Both the position numbers and the translations under genes were made by a program. This document shows, in pieces, positions 15,200-27,055 of a stretch of DNA of 64,000 nucleotides. The number at the start of each line of letters is the position of its first letter. Position 1 is the first letter of the stretch. This DNA comes from Elsinoe ampelina (taxonomy: Eukaryota), in NCBI GenBank assembly GCA_010093995.1, contig ML992502.1, forward strand, positions 2,612,728 through 2,676,727, in the 5' to 3' direction. The notes under the pieces are model-generated. The model had not been told where the DNA came from and ran no database searches. It saw only the letters and a list, made by a program, of their open reading frames with translations.

Positions 15200-16886
15200 A
15201 TGGAAGTTGCTGGCGTTGTGCTGGGTGCGCTCCCAGTGATTGAGCGAGCCATTCGATATTACAGAGACAGATCGTCGATTCTCTGGCATCATGAGCGTTT
15301 CATGGTATCTTTATTGCGCTCTTTCCAATTCGAGCATCTTCTGTTCCGGACATCGTGTCAGAAATTGCTGGAAGGATGCGTCGACAGATGGACCATGGAG
15401 GAACTCCTTATGAAACCCGATGAGGCCCGCTGGAAAAAAGTGCTAGATGAGGATCTAGACAGCAAGCTCAAGCGAAGACTGGGTGAGGATTACAGTGTCT
15501 ATGTCCATGCGATACAAGACATGTGGAGACATCTGGTCAAGTTGTGCCGAATTCTAAGACTCAAGGACTACAAGGTAGCTCCCGTCTGGGCGATAACAAT
15601 GCCGCCTTGCTGACCACAAGTAGACAGCTTTGCAGACAACAGATATCCAGAACTCAGGCTCAAGCATGGAGATCTGGCATCGTATCAAGGATTGCCTTCG
15701 CCTACGAGAGAACGAGCATCTGCTTGCTCAGGTCAGTGGTGCCAATCGGCGGCTAGAGCAATTAGTAGGGATCATGCCGAATTCTCTCTCTAGAGGTAGA
15801 GAGAGCACGCAGACAGTCATCGATCGGCTTCACTCGACCCGGAAAATTGCTGTCAATCTGCACTGCGCCTTACATCAAAGCTTCCGGTGTCAGTGTCCGA
15901 GCCACGAATTTCATCTGCGCCTGAAAGACCACATGGACTCCGATGAGACGACCGATATATTTGAAGGTGCCATTCTTGTGAGATCAGCGCCTGTTGCATC
16001 GACGCCAACGGCGCCTGGCAGATGTGAGACGTGGCGAAAGGTGCAAGTCACCTCACAAGGTGCAACTACCGTGGGGGCTGGACCTTGCACAGCGACCACG
16101 AGAACCACAGTGGCGCTCAAAGACAGCTTGATTGCGGATCTGTGCGCTGCAACTGCCAACATTAGTGGCAGTAATACTTGTATCGGTTACCTGGAAGAAT
16201 CTGGCCGGAAGCATTACATCCATGCTATGTCCAGCGGAGTTGCCGAGCAGTACAACAAGAAGATCACGCTGCATGAAATGCTTCTTGGACAGTCCCAGCC
16301 ATGTTCTGGTAATTCCCAACCATCTCTCCACCTGCGCGATCAGCTTGAGCTGGCCCACCTCTTGGCCTGCTCCCTTCTGCAACTGAACTTCACGCCCTGG
16401 CTAAAAGGGCGATGGTCTGCACATGACGTCAATCTGCTGAGTGCACACTCACCTCTCTGGCTCCAGAACGGCGCATTTGTATCTGCCAGGTTCCCAGATG
16501 TCGCGACCGCCACTCCTGCCTTGGCAACAAAGACGTGGCGGGCATGTGCGGTACCTAATGAGGCAGTCTTTGCGCTTGGCAAGATCATGCTGGAGCTGCA
16601 CATGAAGGCGTTACTTGATGATAAGACGATTGATGACGATCGCAGCTCGATTCCGGACACGGCGGATTACCAGGCTGCGAAGCGTCTATGCGAGCAGGTG
16701 CAGTGGGACTGCCTACCTGGGTGGTTGACTGCCATGACTACCTGCATCAATCGACGATTCCGACATGACATGGATTTCGAGAACGAAGATTTCCGAGTCG
16801 AGTTCTATACGTACGTCGTGGAGCCCTTGCGCGAGACACTTCAGATAGCGACTGCTACCAAGGCACCGAAGATGCCAAGCAGATAA
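15200..16886 (+). CDS. Fungal protein with HeLo-like/STAND-type N-terminal helical domain and kinase-C-lobe-like C-terminal domain
   Basis: N-terminus MEVAGVVLGALPVIERAI. C-terminal LELAHLLACSLLQLNFTPWL...W and VFALGKIMLEL...Y..A...C motifs. One intron at about 15575-15623. Confidence 0.7.
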
Positions 16887-17630
16887 TATTCTGGCATAAC
16901 CAGACTGCGCTACAGCCACTGAAGATGGACTGGTCGACAAATCCTCGGTTGTCGCTTTGTGGATGGTCAAATTTCAACCAATCCTGTTGGTCAGATTATT
17001 TGGACCACTGGGAGGTGTTTGGCGACAAGGACGAGATTCTCGGTCACGACGAGACAATGCAACCCACCGAGATGCCTGCTTGTCGTGGGTTATTGCACAT
17101 TTGAAGTTGGTAATGTTGGATGACAGGCTCTGAAATTGGCCAGGCGATGGCAGACCACGTGCCGGCTTACGTAAGACCGGATTTAACGGCGTCAGGAACG
17201 TTGTCGCCGGAATTAGGGCTCGAGTTCTGCTTCAGCGACATCACGACGTACCAACTTATTCGCGCATCTTCACGCATCAAACCGTCTACCAGACGAGCTG
17301 ATAGACTCATGTGCGGCTGTCATCTCGATCAGGCGTGCGTGATGTTGCATCGATGCTGACGACTTCGTGCACGACAAAGCGCAAGCCGCATACCATATAC
17401 TGGCCGCCTCACAGCTTACAAATCCGTGGAATTCATCGTCGGGTGGACCAGTTCGTCCGAAGATATGACCTCCATATCAGAAAGTCTCCGAGCCTTCTTC
17501 GTCGGAGTAGGGAAATGATTCGGCGAATGCATCAGAGCACCCCGACCATCGTGTTGGACGCTGCGGAAGCGGATAGTTGTCTGTCTTGACCATGTCTAAG
17601 CATGATATGGTGGGTAACGTTGAGATTGAG

Positions 17631-17637
17631 TATAAAA
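17631..17637 (+). promoter_or_regulatory. TATA box of the SDR gene
   Basis: TATAAAA 134 nt upstream of the ATG at 17765, followed by a C/A-rich leader. Confidence 0.5.
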
Positions 17638-17764
17638 GACTACCATAGAGCCATGGGTCAAGCATCATAACTACAAGCAGCACCCACTCCTCTACCAACC
17701 CCAAAACGAACTTGATACCTCCGTCACTCACACTTGAGAAACCTAGCATTGTCATCCATACAAC

Positions 17765-18520
17765 ATGAGCACCTACCTCGTCACCGGCGCCAACCGTGGC
17801 ATTGGCAAGGCTTTCATCGCCGCTTACCTGCAGCGTCCCAACTCTACAGTCATCGCTGCTGTCCGCACTCCCTCATCAGCCAAGTCTCTCAACGACTTTC
17901 CCAAAGCCGATGGTAGCAAACTCATCATCGTCAAGATCGACTCTTTTTCCGAAACCGACCCCAAAGACGCTGTCGCGGAGCTTCAGAAGCAAGGTGTAGA
18001 CCATATCGACTTTGTCATCGCCAACGCCGGTATCGCTGGGGAGAAGAGTACTGCAACGATCGACATCATCCCCTCCGTCGCCCGCGATGTCTTCAACGTC
18101 AACTCTATCGCCCCCCTCCTGCTACTCAACGCCACCAGTCCCCTCTTGAAGAAGTCTAACAAGCCCACTTTCGCAGTCGTCTCCTCCGCCGCTGGCTCCA
18201 TTGGCATCCAGGCCATGTTCGCCGAGTTCCCGGTCAAGATGTCGCCCTACGGCGCATCGAAAGCAGCGGTCAACTGGCTCGTAGAACGTATACACCTAGA
18301 GGAGAAGTGGCTTGTGGCTATTAGTTTGCACCCTGGTCTCGTCACCACAGACATGTCCGCTGGGGCACTTCCTGACGGCATGGATCCGAAGGAGTTCGGC
18401 ATCACTCCTCTGACTCCCGATGAGAGTGTCAAGCAGATGAACGAGGTACTCGACAGGGCTACCAGGGAGAAGGAAGGAGGCAAGTTGGTCCAGCACGACG
18501 GAGAAATTTTGCCATGGTAG
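17765..18520 (+). CDS. Short-chain dehydrogenase/reductase (Nor-1/C-factor-like)
   Basis: TGANRGIG Rossmann motif, IANAGI, YGASK catalytic motif and HPGLVTTDM; intronless. Confidence 0.93.
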   Translation: MSTYLVTGANRGIGKAFIAAYLQRPNSTVIAAVRTPSSAKSLNDFPKADGSKLIIVKIDSFSETDPKDAVAELQKQGVDHIDFVIANAGIAGEKSTATIDIIPSVARDVFNVNSIAPLLLLNATSPLLKKSNKPTFAVVSSAAGSIGIQAMFAEFPVKMSPYGASKAAVNWLVERIHLEEKWLVAISLHPGLVTTDMSAGALPDGMDPKEFGITPLTPDESVKQMNEVLDRATREKEGGKLVQHDGEILPW

Positions 18521-18670
18521 ACATTGCACGATCGCTATTAATTGCTGTGCGTCATGGCTTCTGTAGCATCTCATAGTTGAGCGAATCAATTCACATTCCC
18601 AAGGTCTAGGACACCTCCCCGCCTTTTCCGTCACACCTACCCCTGCTACACCCACCATATTCAACCTTCA

Positions 18671-19266
18671 TCAGACCATCAATCCCCCCTCCGCCGCCCC
18701 CTTCACCGTCCACTCCGTCTCCCCATCCCACCTCCTCAGCCTCTCCCTCGCCTCCCCCGCCTCCCTAACCAACACCTCCTTGATCTTCTCACTCCTTACC
18801 ACAAACCTCCCCGCAAACGGCAAAGGCCTCATATTCTCACTATCATTATACGCCCAAACATCCGCTTCCCTCTTCCCGCCCATCTCATCAACTTCCAACC
18901 GCATCTCGAAAGCCCACAACAGTCTTGCAAGTGACCCAGGTCTCGACAGAGGGTCGAGATGGATAGAATTCATGATCAGGGCTTGTAGAAGAGATGCCAG
19001 AACTCACAAGGTGCGGCAGACTTCCCATCTTGTACTCGATCATCGCCTTCCAGTGTCGGATCTCCAGTGTTATAAACCCCACAGTCTCCAGATGACATGG
19101 CTTCCCCGTGCAGTTCGCTCCTTGAAGTCAAATTGTGGTTCATTTGCTCGACCCTGATTCGCCATCCGCGCGGACACGGGAATTCCGCTTTCCGCCACCA
19201 GGCTCCCGAGCGACAACAAATGGCTGAGACGTTGGGGAAAATGAGCACCAGATCGTATTTGGCCAA
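18671..19266 (-). pseudogene. Possible remnant of a hypothetical protein gene
   Basis: A coding-like 3' ORF (18671-18973) is preceded by short ORFs in different frames, with no room for a promoter before the MFS stop at 19299. Confidence 0.3.
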
Positions 19267-19298
19267 GTATTGCGTGAAATAGATGGTCTACCCCAAAT

Positions 19299-21075
19299 CT
19301 ACTCTGACTGCTTGCGCCCAATATAAGCCCTCCATCTTGGATTCAAGATATAGACAGGAATGCCTAGCAGGAACAAGCCAATGAAGAAGGCAAGTAGAAT
19401 CATGAACGCCTTGAGATAGCTGTACATGTTGACCATCGGGATAATGCCGAATGAGGCTCCAAAGCTGAGCACATTCTTCATGCCAATGACGATGACTAGA
19501 GCAGGTCCAGGATTCTTGGGATACGCCTCTGAGCCGAAGTGCGTGGTCGTGATGAGCACCACAACGAAGGCGAACTGGAACAGAGTCCATCCTGTCATGT
19601 GTCAGAGCTTGCACAATAGTGGAGGAATCTCCTTGCTTACTCATGATGATCCCCCATGAGCTCATCCGCTGTGGGTACATGGCCGTGACACCATATATAA
19701 CAACGCCAATGACTCCAACAAAAAAGGGAAAGATCAGCTGAAGTAGAGTGTCTTCTGGATGATGGACTCCACCACGTCTTTTGGCGAGGTAGACGTTGAA
19801 CCTGTCTCCGATAGTTCCAGTCCAGATCATGGCAAAGATGCTAGCAGGAAAGACACCGATGTTGACAAGCCCAATAGACTTGTAGCTCCAAACGAATAGC
19901 TTGGTAAGAATAGTGGCATATGTGACAGACATGGCGATACCAATGCCGAGGGTAATGGACGCGACCAGCACAGCCCACATGACAGCTGGAGAACTGCATG
20001 ACTGAAGCATCTTCAGGTTTGCGCCGAGTCCAAGGCGAAACGAGTTGGGTGCCATGCCCTGGAAGGGCTTGAGTTGTTGGAGGTACGTCTTCTTCTCTGT
20101 GACTGTGTTCTCGGCGACGTCCTGTACCTCACCAAATCGTGCTCGGGTTCTGCATCGGAAAGAAAATGGGTGATACCCCATTCGTCTGTATGAACAACCT
20201 GGCCGTTCATGGATGTTGGTTTACGCTGGAAGCGAGTCTCGACAAGAAGGAAGAAGCCAAGGATGAGACCCACGCCAGCGAAGATTGCCAGCACCCATCA
20301 GAAAAATCGCCAGGATGTAGCTGCTACCAGATAGGATGTTGAGATCAAGAAGACAGTGTTGATCAGGTTCTGCATGCCCCAGTAAATACCAAAGTAGAAT
20401 CCTCGCTCGTCAAGAAATGACATATCGGTGATGATGAGGGGAAGGACCGACTCGGTAGATCCTGCTGCAGTTTCTTGTAAGATGCGACATGCCATGTGAG
20501 TGTTGTAGCTCTGAGAAGTTGCGGCACCGATTGTGAACCCGAGCCGTAGTATGCTACACCCCGAGAAGACGGGTCTTCTACCAAAAGCCATCGTCAAGGG
20601 AAGGATGAGGAAAGCACCTGAGTAGACATCAGCTATCGAACAAAGGTTGTATGGCGTGGTGCTCACCGACTGCCATGACCAAGCTGGGAAAGGTGGTGAG
20701 ATTGACGACCTCTTGCGTCGATCTTCCCTCGGGCCCGTACAAGGCGAAGAAGGTGGACAAGATGGGTCCGAGTCCTCCGACAAGTACAAGTGAGAAGATG
20801 GCTGTGATCAATTAGTTTTCTCCTGATGCCTCAGCCATGTGGATATGCTTACAAAACCAGCAGCATGCAATCAGGACGCCCAAGTTTCGCCATTTTGAAA
20901 AACTCGAAGGGTCGTTGGGATCGCTAGAGGGAATTGGTATACGTCTGATATTTCCATCCTCCCCGATCAGCTGCACGTCGCCGCTGCCACCATTTGCTTG
21001 TGCCTTTGCCTTGTCCAGAACTTCGAGCTGCTCAACGTCTGCAGCTACCTTCTCTGCCTCAATACTGGTAGTCAT
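19299..21075 (-). pseudogene. MFS transporter (HOL1-like) with premature stop and frameshift
   Basis: Motifs IPIPSSDPNDP, FGRRPV and PLIITDMSFLDERG. In-frame TGA at 20298-20300 (SWRFF*WVLAIF). A 1-nt loss near 20147 breaks HFLSDAE/ARFGEVQ. Confidence 0.82.
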
Positions 21076-21576
21076 CTCGCCGCTCAGAGCGATGATGAAT
21101 AGGGTGGGCGTCGCGGTGATGAGGTCAAGCACCATCGAAGGTGAGATGAAGTCTTTATCCAAATGATAGGCTCGGTTCCCCCGCATGCTCTCCCCCACGG
21201 GGATATCGTTGATAGGCTACATACGCGGTATGCAAGATCGCTTCATTGCAGGGGCGTTCGTTGAATGAGAGAAGAGTCATTTGCGGACCAATCATTGGAA
21301 AGTGGTTGCGGTGCCCGAGGGGGGGATCTTTGGAGGACGTGGCGCCTTTGACCGAAGCGAAGCCAGAAAACTCTCTTCAACCGACGGACCGACCAGCTCT
21401 CGCGTCACACTGGACATCAGTCACCCTTCCTCGACATCCACCTTCCGAAGCACGGAATCTTTTCACCCAGCCTTCTTCGTCCGGCAGACTCGTTTCACAC
21501 CAAATCAACCTCTTGCGCGACGCGTCAGTGCTGCAGCCGTCGAGCTTGATCCCGACCCGGTGCACGCCCGCCTTTC

Positions 21577-23796
21577 ATGGCGCAGACCTTGGATACCACA
21601 GCTTCTGAATCGCCGCAGCAACCTTCTCGGAAGCGAATTCGACTGTCTCGTGCATGCAACGCATGCCGGAGTCGCAAAGTCCGATGCGATGAACAACAGC
21701 CCGCATGCTCACGATGCGTAGCTGCAGGCATCGTCTGCACGACGTCAGACCCAAAGAGCACCTCCCTCATACCGGCCACCGCGCGCCGACGAGCTGGACA
21801 TTATGCAACACAATCGCAATCTGCACAAGAGGACTCTCGTGAAAGCTCCAGACGTCGAAGCACAGGTGTGAACGCCTCAGCAATTCAGCAACGCGTGAGG
21901 CACGACTCGGAAGATGGCATTCACAACGATACCAATTTTCGCGGCGGACCCAGTCCTTTGCCACTAGATCCGAGTCTTAGGAACGACTCGACCGCGCATG
22001 ACAGTGCCGTCCACCACCATCTGTCGACTTCATTCATCCCCAGCTTTGCACAAGCTGGACTGCAAGATGCTGGATTGAACGGAGAGGCCGAGGCTGAGAG
22101 TCCAGAGTATGCCTTCAACTCCACCGGCCAGCTTGAACACAAGTATCTGGGCCCAAGCAGTCTCCAAGTCTTCACGCAATGGCTTGAGATGACCTTTCGC
22201 ATCGAGACTCCATCATTGACTGAGCGTTTCCGTTATGGCTTGCGACATTGTGAAGAGTTGGACATTCCCGACTCCATTGACATGCCGCAGCTGCCAGCGG
22301 CCTGGGAGGAACACGTCCAGGTATACTTTGACGAGGTCTCCCCGCTCTTCCCTGTAGTCAAGCGATCTCAAATTCGAGCAACCGCTGCCTTATTTGCTTC
22401 ACGGGCTATATCGGGTCTGCCGCAGCGACAACGTCCTAGTCTTGCTCTGCTCTATGCATGCCTTGCTGTTGGCATCCGACAGCAGCATCCTCTTTCATCG
22501 GAAAGTGCAAGGTACCTGCGCGCCGCAAGCTCACTCTTCAGCTTCTTAGTAGCGTACCCTTACGTGGAGTCTGCACAGGCCCTCCTCATGCTCACTATTG
22601 CTCTACGCTGTCATAGTAAAGACGGCGCGGCCTCGCAATGCCTGGGGCTAGCTATCAGGATCGCACAATCTATCGGCCTCCATCGACAAGCCTCGACCCA
22701 CCAAGTAGCCTTCTCTGCAGCCACTGAACATCTTGACCAGGGCACTCAATCTCCCCACGCCCATATTGCTCATGTACAGGAGGTATGGTGGTCCGCCTAT
22801 TGTCTCGAGAGAATATCTTGTCTTGAGTCGGGACGGCCAACATCCATCAATGACGAGGACGTCGATCAAAATCCATTGTTTGATCAACGACAAGCGCCGC
22901 TCCAAGCATTTATGATCAGCCTTGCAAAGATCCAAGGCGATGTCAGTAGGCAGATGTTCTCCAATTACACAAGGCAGGTAGTCAATTCACCTCAAGATAT
23001 GTTCCACATACAGAGTCGTCTGGATCGCCAGCTCAGCAGTTGGTATGCAGACCTGCCACAACAACTCAGACTGGACGGGGAGCTCTTGACTAGCGGCCCG
23101 AGGACGAGAGCCGCTCGAGCTTTCCTACTTCTTCAGTACTACTCGACATTGGCGACAGTTCACAGATCTGCTCTTCTGATCAATCAACACATCCATGTTG
23201 CGAATCTCAAAGCAGCTGATCTGCCTGCAGAAAGAGAGGATCGATTGCTTGAATCGAAGAACGTGTGTATCTCCTCCGCCAGAGAAATCATCAGAAGCTT
23301 TCTTGAAGTATTGGAGAGAAATACCAACACGGCAGTCATCTCGATGACACAGCCTCTCATGGCAATCTACATCCTCGCTATCAAGAACCTTCGAGATCCT
23401 GGCAGTTGGATGGCACGATCCGATCTCAGTCTTCTTCACAGTGCAACAGAAGCTGTCGAGGGCCGCTACAAGGTTGACGGACAAGATCCGGGATTCTACT
23501 TCATGCTGAAGCTGCTGCAGCAGTTCGCAACGGCCCGTGAGTCTGCACCGGTCACACAACCTGCCACCGGGTTCAGTCATGTGAACGTGTTGGCTGCTGA
23601 TGGACAGTCCCTACTCGATCCTACGCAGGAGTGGAATTCATTGTTCCCTCGCCTGTTCCTTGGAGATCTGCCACTGGAGCACAACGATACCCACCAAGAT
23701 GACATCTTCGGCCTGATGGACATTCCTCAGCTCACGGAAGAAGAGATCATGAGCTTCTCCGTCATGCCTGGATTCGGCGAAGAAGGAGCATTTTGA
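21577..23796 (+). CDS. Zn(II)2Cys6 transcription factor with fungal-specific middle homology domain
   Basis: ACNACRSRKVRCDEQQPACSRCVAAGIVC, YLGPSS, AIRIAQSIGLHR and WWSAYCLER...GRP; uninterrupted 739-aa ORF. Confidence 0.95.
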   Translation: MAQTLDTTASESPQQPSRKRIRLSRACNACRSRKVRCDEQQPACSRCVAAGIVCTTSDPKSTSLIPATARRRAGHYATQSQSAQEDSRESSRRRSTGVNASAIQQRVRHDSEDGIHNDTNFRGGPSPLPLDPSLRNDSTAHDSAVHHHLSTSFIPSFAQAGLQDAGLNGEAEAESPEYAFNSTGQLEHKYLGPSSLQVFTQWLEMTFRIETPSLTERFRYGLRHCEELDIPDSIDMPQLPAAWEEHVQVYFDEVSPLFPVVKRSQIRATAALFASRAISGLPQRQRPSLALLYACLAVGIRQQHPLSSESARYLRAASSLFSFLVAYPYVESAQALLMLTIALRCHSKDGAASQCLGLAIRIAQSIGLHRQASTHQVAFSAATEHLDQGTQSPHAHIAHVQEVWWSAYCLERISCLESGRPTSINDEDVDQNPLFDQRQAPLQAFMISLAKIQGDVSRQMFSNYTRQVVNSPQDMFHIQSRLDRQLSSWYADLPQQLRLDGELLTSGPRTRAARAFLLLQYYSTLATVHRSALLINQHIHVANLKAADLPAEREDRLLESKNVCISSAREIIRSFLEVLERNTNTAVISMTQPLMAIYILAIKNLRDPGSWMARSDLSLLHSATEAVEGRYKVDGQDPGFYFMLKLLQQFATARESAPVTQPATGFSHVNVLAADGQSLLDPTQEWNSLFPRLFLGDLPLEHNDTHQDDIFGLMDIPQLTEEEIMSFSVMPGFGEEGAF

Positions 23797-23840
23797 CCAT
23801 CTTGATGCTGTGGCATATGTACAATACAAGAAGATTCAAT

Positions 23841-24955
23841 CTAGGCTTCTGTGGCGATATATGGAATACCGGTCAGCTTGTACGCCCTCTCCGACAGTTG
23901 GGGTGCCTTTGCGGGCTTGGTCCTGTTGTGCGGATCCAGCTCGCCATTCCTCTTGGCTTGGTTGCGTCCCATGACCTGGCAATTTGGCCCTGCGAAACGT
24001 CAGCACTACATAACTTGCTTGAACTGGCGTGACGAACAGTGGGTCGTGCCAAACCAGCCTTCGAATGCAGTCTTCTTCCGCTTCAAGGCCTCTTGACTGG
24101 CATCCGCTACCGGCATGTAGCATGTATAAACACAGAAGCGATTCTGGTCGGTCTCGTCGAGCTGAGATTGTAGTGTGGTGTCCTTGAGTCCCAAAGCAGA
24201 AGATCGCCGGGCTCTGCGCAGACCTTCACCCACTCAAGACCTTTGTTGGCAAGCCACTCCATGCCCCTGTCTGTGAATCCGTACCACTCTGGGTTCCAGG
24301 CTGGGATAGGTTCCTCCCAGGCCATCTCTTTGTGGAATTGCTCGCTGTACTGATGTCCACCTTTGCAGACAATCAAACCACCGTCGTTCGGACCGTTCGG
24401 CAGGATGTTGACGAGACCTTGCAGGCAGCGGAAGCCAGCCTTCTTTGGGTCTTGATCTGGTGTGGCCATGGCTTGTTGGGAGCGAGATCTTTGCGGCCCG
24501 ACAGACCAAAGTTGACGGCGTCGAAGGACACAATTAAATCCTTGGTGCCGAGGACTTCTTCAAATGTGCCAACAACACCTGGCTCAGCTCGTACGTCCCA
24601 GACGAAGTCTTCATGTGCGACGGCGTAGTCCAAGCACATGCCCTTGTTGTTGATCTCTGGCAGATGCTCGCTGGTCCAGGTGGAACGATCAGTGCGATCA
24701 TATCCAAGTCCGCTACGAAGTTTGAGTCTCGCTTCGATTGCGACTAGATGTAGCAACTTACAATCCCTCCAACCACTCATGCATACGCTCAGCGTACTGA
24801 GCAGCACGCTCCTTTGGCACTGCACCCTTCACGACGGCGAAGCCGTCCCTCGCAAGATCAGCTTGCCAGCCTGTGGATGGGGCATCCTCTCCCGTGAGCT
24901 TGATCACGCCAATGTTGAGGCTGCTGGTGACTTCTTGAGTTTGTGTGGTAGACAT
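23841..24955 (-). pseudogene. Phytanoyl-CoA dioxygenase (PhyH)-family Fe(II)/2OG dioxygenase with two frameshifts
   Basis: Motifs DLARDGFAVVKGA, LIVSFDAVN, WPHQ/DQDP (frameshift near 24457), GDLLLWDSRTPHYN (frameshift near 24153) and GTTHWPN...LTGIPY; two GT-AG introns. Confidence 0.85.
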
Positions 24956-25151
24956 GGCGGTTGGGTGCGGAGTGCTTGACTTTGCCGAGCTTGGAAGTGG
25001 CTTGGGGACGAACAAACATATACCTGTCCAGCAGACAATGGCGCGTCATTCGGCACACCGCTTACTTCTCCCACCTTCATCTTTGTTGCCTGACGACCGA
25101 CGCGATCTGTTGCTGGCAATACGGTGGTGCTGGTCGAACACCTCGCATCGT

Positions 25152-25180
25152 GCTCGGCTCGGATTCCAGCTCGGCTCGGA
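25152..25180. promoter_or_regulatory. Tandem GCTCGGCTCGGA direct repeat (CGG-N2-CGG), candidate Zn2Cys6 binding sites
   Basis: Exact 12-mer at 25152-25163 and 25169-25180 in the divergent dioxygenase/monooxygenase promoter. Confidence 0.45.
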
Positions 25181-25436
25181 AAAGTTTGCCTCTGTCTCAG
25201 GCGATCTCCCGGGCCCGACCCCGGATCCTCCACCGGATCGCCCCAGCTTTTGTGGGGAAGGGGCAATGCATGATGCGAACATGCTTTGATGCTGCATGCC
25301 TAGTCCTACGAGCAGGTCCACATGTAGCTTTGATTTCAAGGTCAAGGCTTGAACTTCTTTGCAACTCCCAACTTCTAGCAAACTCCATGACCACCACCTC
25401 GCTTGCATTGTGGTTGTTTGTACAAGATTTGAAACC

Positions 25437-26762
25437 ATGGCAATCAAAGAAAAGAACGACTTCGAAGTAGTGATTGTTGGCGGAGGTATTGCTGGTCTGT
25501 CGGCGGTAGGACGTCTCGTCGGAGTGGTGATGACAAGGACTGATGGCTGCTAGGCGATTACGCTTAGAGGTCCAGGAAGGCGTATCACAATTCTGGGAAA
25601 GTCTCGAATGAACAAGGAGGTCGGCGCCCTGATCTCATTCCAACCAAATGCCCAGAAGATAGTAGAGTCGTGGGGCATAGATGAGCACTTCAACAAAGCG
25701 CGTCCTCTCGGTGACACCGCGTTCCAGATCCTTGATGTTAATGGTGATGTGCGAATGCGGATACCTCTCAGCACGGAAAGGTACGGCGCCAACAGAGTGA
25801 TGTACCATCGACAGGATCTCCACTCGGCACTCAAGGCTGGCGCGACATCCACGGATCTTCCTGGTCCTCCCGCTGTGATCAAGACTGCGTCGAAGGTCGT
25901 CTCGTGCGATTGTGATGCTGGCATTGTCACCCTTGAGGACGGCACGACCGTACAAGGAGACCTCGTCATCGGTGCAGATGGTATCCATAGTCCCATCCGT
26001 GCCTCTTTATTGTCGTCCCTTGGTCTCAAGCCAGTGCAGCCCCTCGCCACTGGTCTTTCTGCTTATCGCGTGCTCCTCGATACTGCTTCTATGCCGGAGC
26101 TCGATGTACCTTCATCAACCTTCACCGCCACCGCACCCATCACGACAATGATGATGGCGCACGACCGACGTGTCGTCATGGCGCCTGCAAGGGGTGGCGA
26201 TGTCTTCGGCCTTGTCTGCCTGGTGCCGGATGCGAAAATGAACGAAGACAGCCATGGAAATAGCTGGACCACCCCGTCGTCGGTCTCGGAGGTATTGGAG
26301 CAGTGAGAAGATTTTCCCATCTGGCTGAAGGATATTCTAAAGTGCGCTGACGACGTCGCGCTCTGGCAGCTGAGGGACATCGATCCTCTTCCGACATGGA
26401 CAAAAGGTCGAACAATCCTCATCGGAGATGCTGCGCACGCGATGCTGCCGACGCAAGGCCAAGGTGCGAGTCAAAGTATTGAAGACGCAGAGGCATTGCA
26501 AGCTTTCTTCCGCGGCGTCGAAGGGAAGATCGAGAAGGAGGAAATCGAGAGGCGATTGAAAGAGGTTGTTGATTCAAGAATCGAGCGCGCGTCATTGATA
26601 CAGGCGTATAGTCGTCAGCAGGCACAGCATGCGACTGCAAAGGGCGAGACGGAGATCAAGATGAACCCGGTTGAGTTTATGGATTACAATTGTGGTTACG
26701 CTGGGGCGCTCGATTGGGTGAAGAGGTCAAAGCTGTCAGCGTCGCCACGTGTCGCACAATAG
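25437..26762 (+). pseudogene. FAD-dependent monooxygenase (salicylate hydroxylase-like) with in-frame stop
   Basis: Motifs IVGGGIAGL, DLVIGADGIHS and LIGDAAHAMLPTQGQGASQSIEDA. In-frame TGA at 26304-26306 (VLEQ*EDFPIWL), with the same frame continuing to 26762. Confidence 0.85.
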
Positions 26763-27055
26763 GCAGGATATTCACGCTGGCGAGCTGCAAGCTTTGTTTC
26801 TATCTAAACAACTTCACAATCGAGCTCTTTTCCTCACCTTCTGCACGTTCAATTACTACCAGATTGCTCGCCTTGCGCACCATCCGTTCGTGACAATCAT
26901 CGTGTCAGCACGAGTAGAAGGCTAACAAACTACCAGCAGCTGTAGTGGGAGAGGGAGGAGCTCGTCGCCGCCCTCACCAGGGGTGAAGACTTCAGTACGT
27001 TCTACTACCAGAGGCTGCTTGCTAGCACTGGTATAGCCTTTTGAGGCTTTACAGT

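Noticed and set aside
20298..26306. Both premature stops are TGA, suggesting A-to-I editing to Trp or readthrough
   Set aside because: The same cluster also has three frameshifts and a cofactor-site substitution, so simple decay is more parsimonious. RNA reads would be needed to revive the idea.
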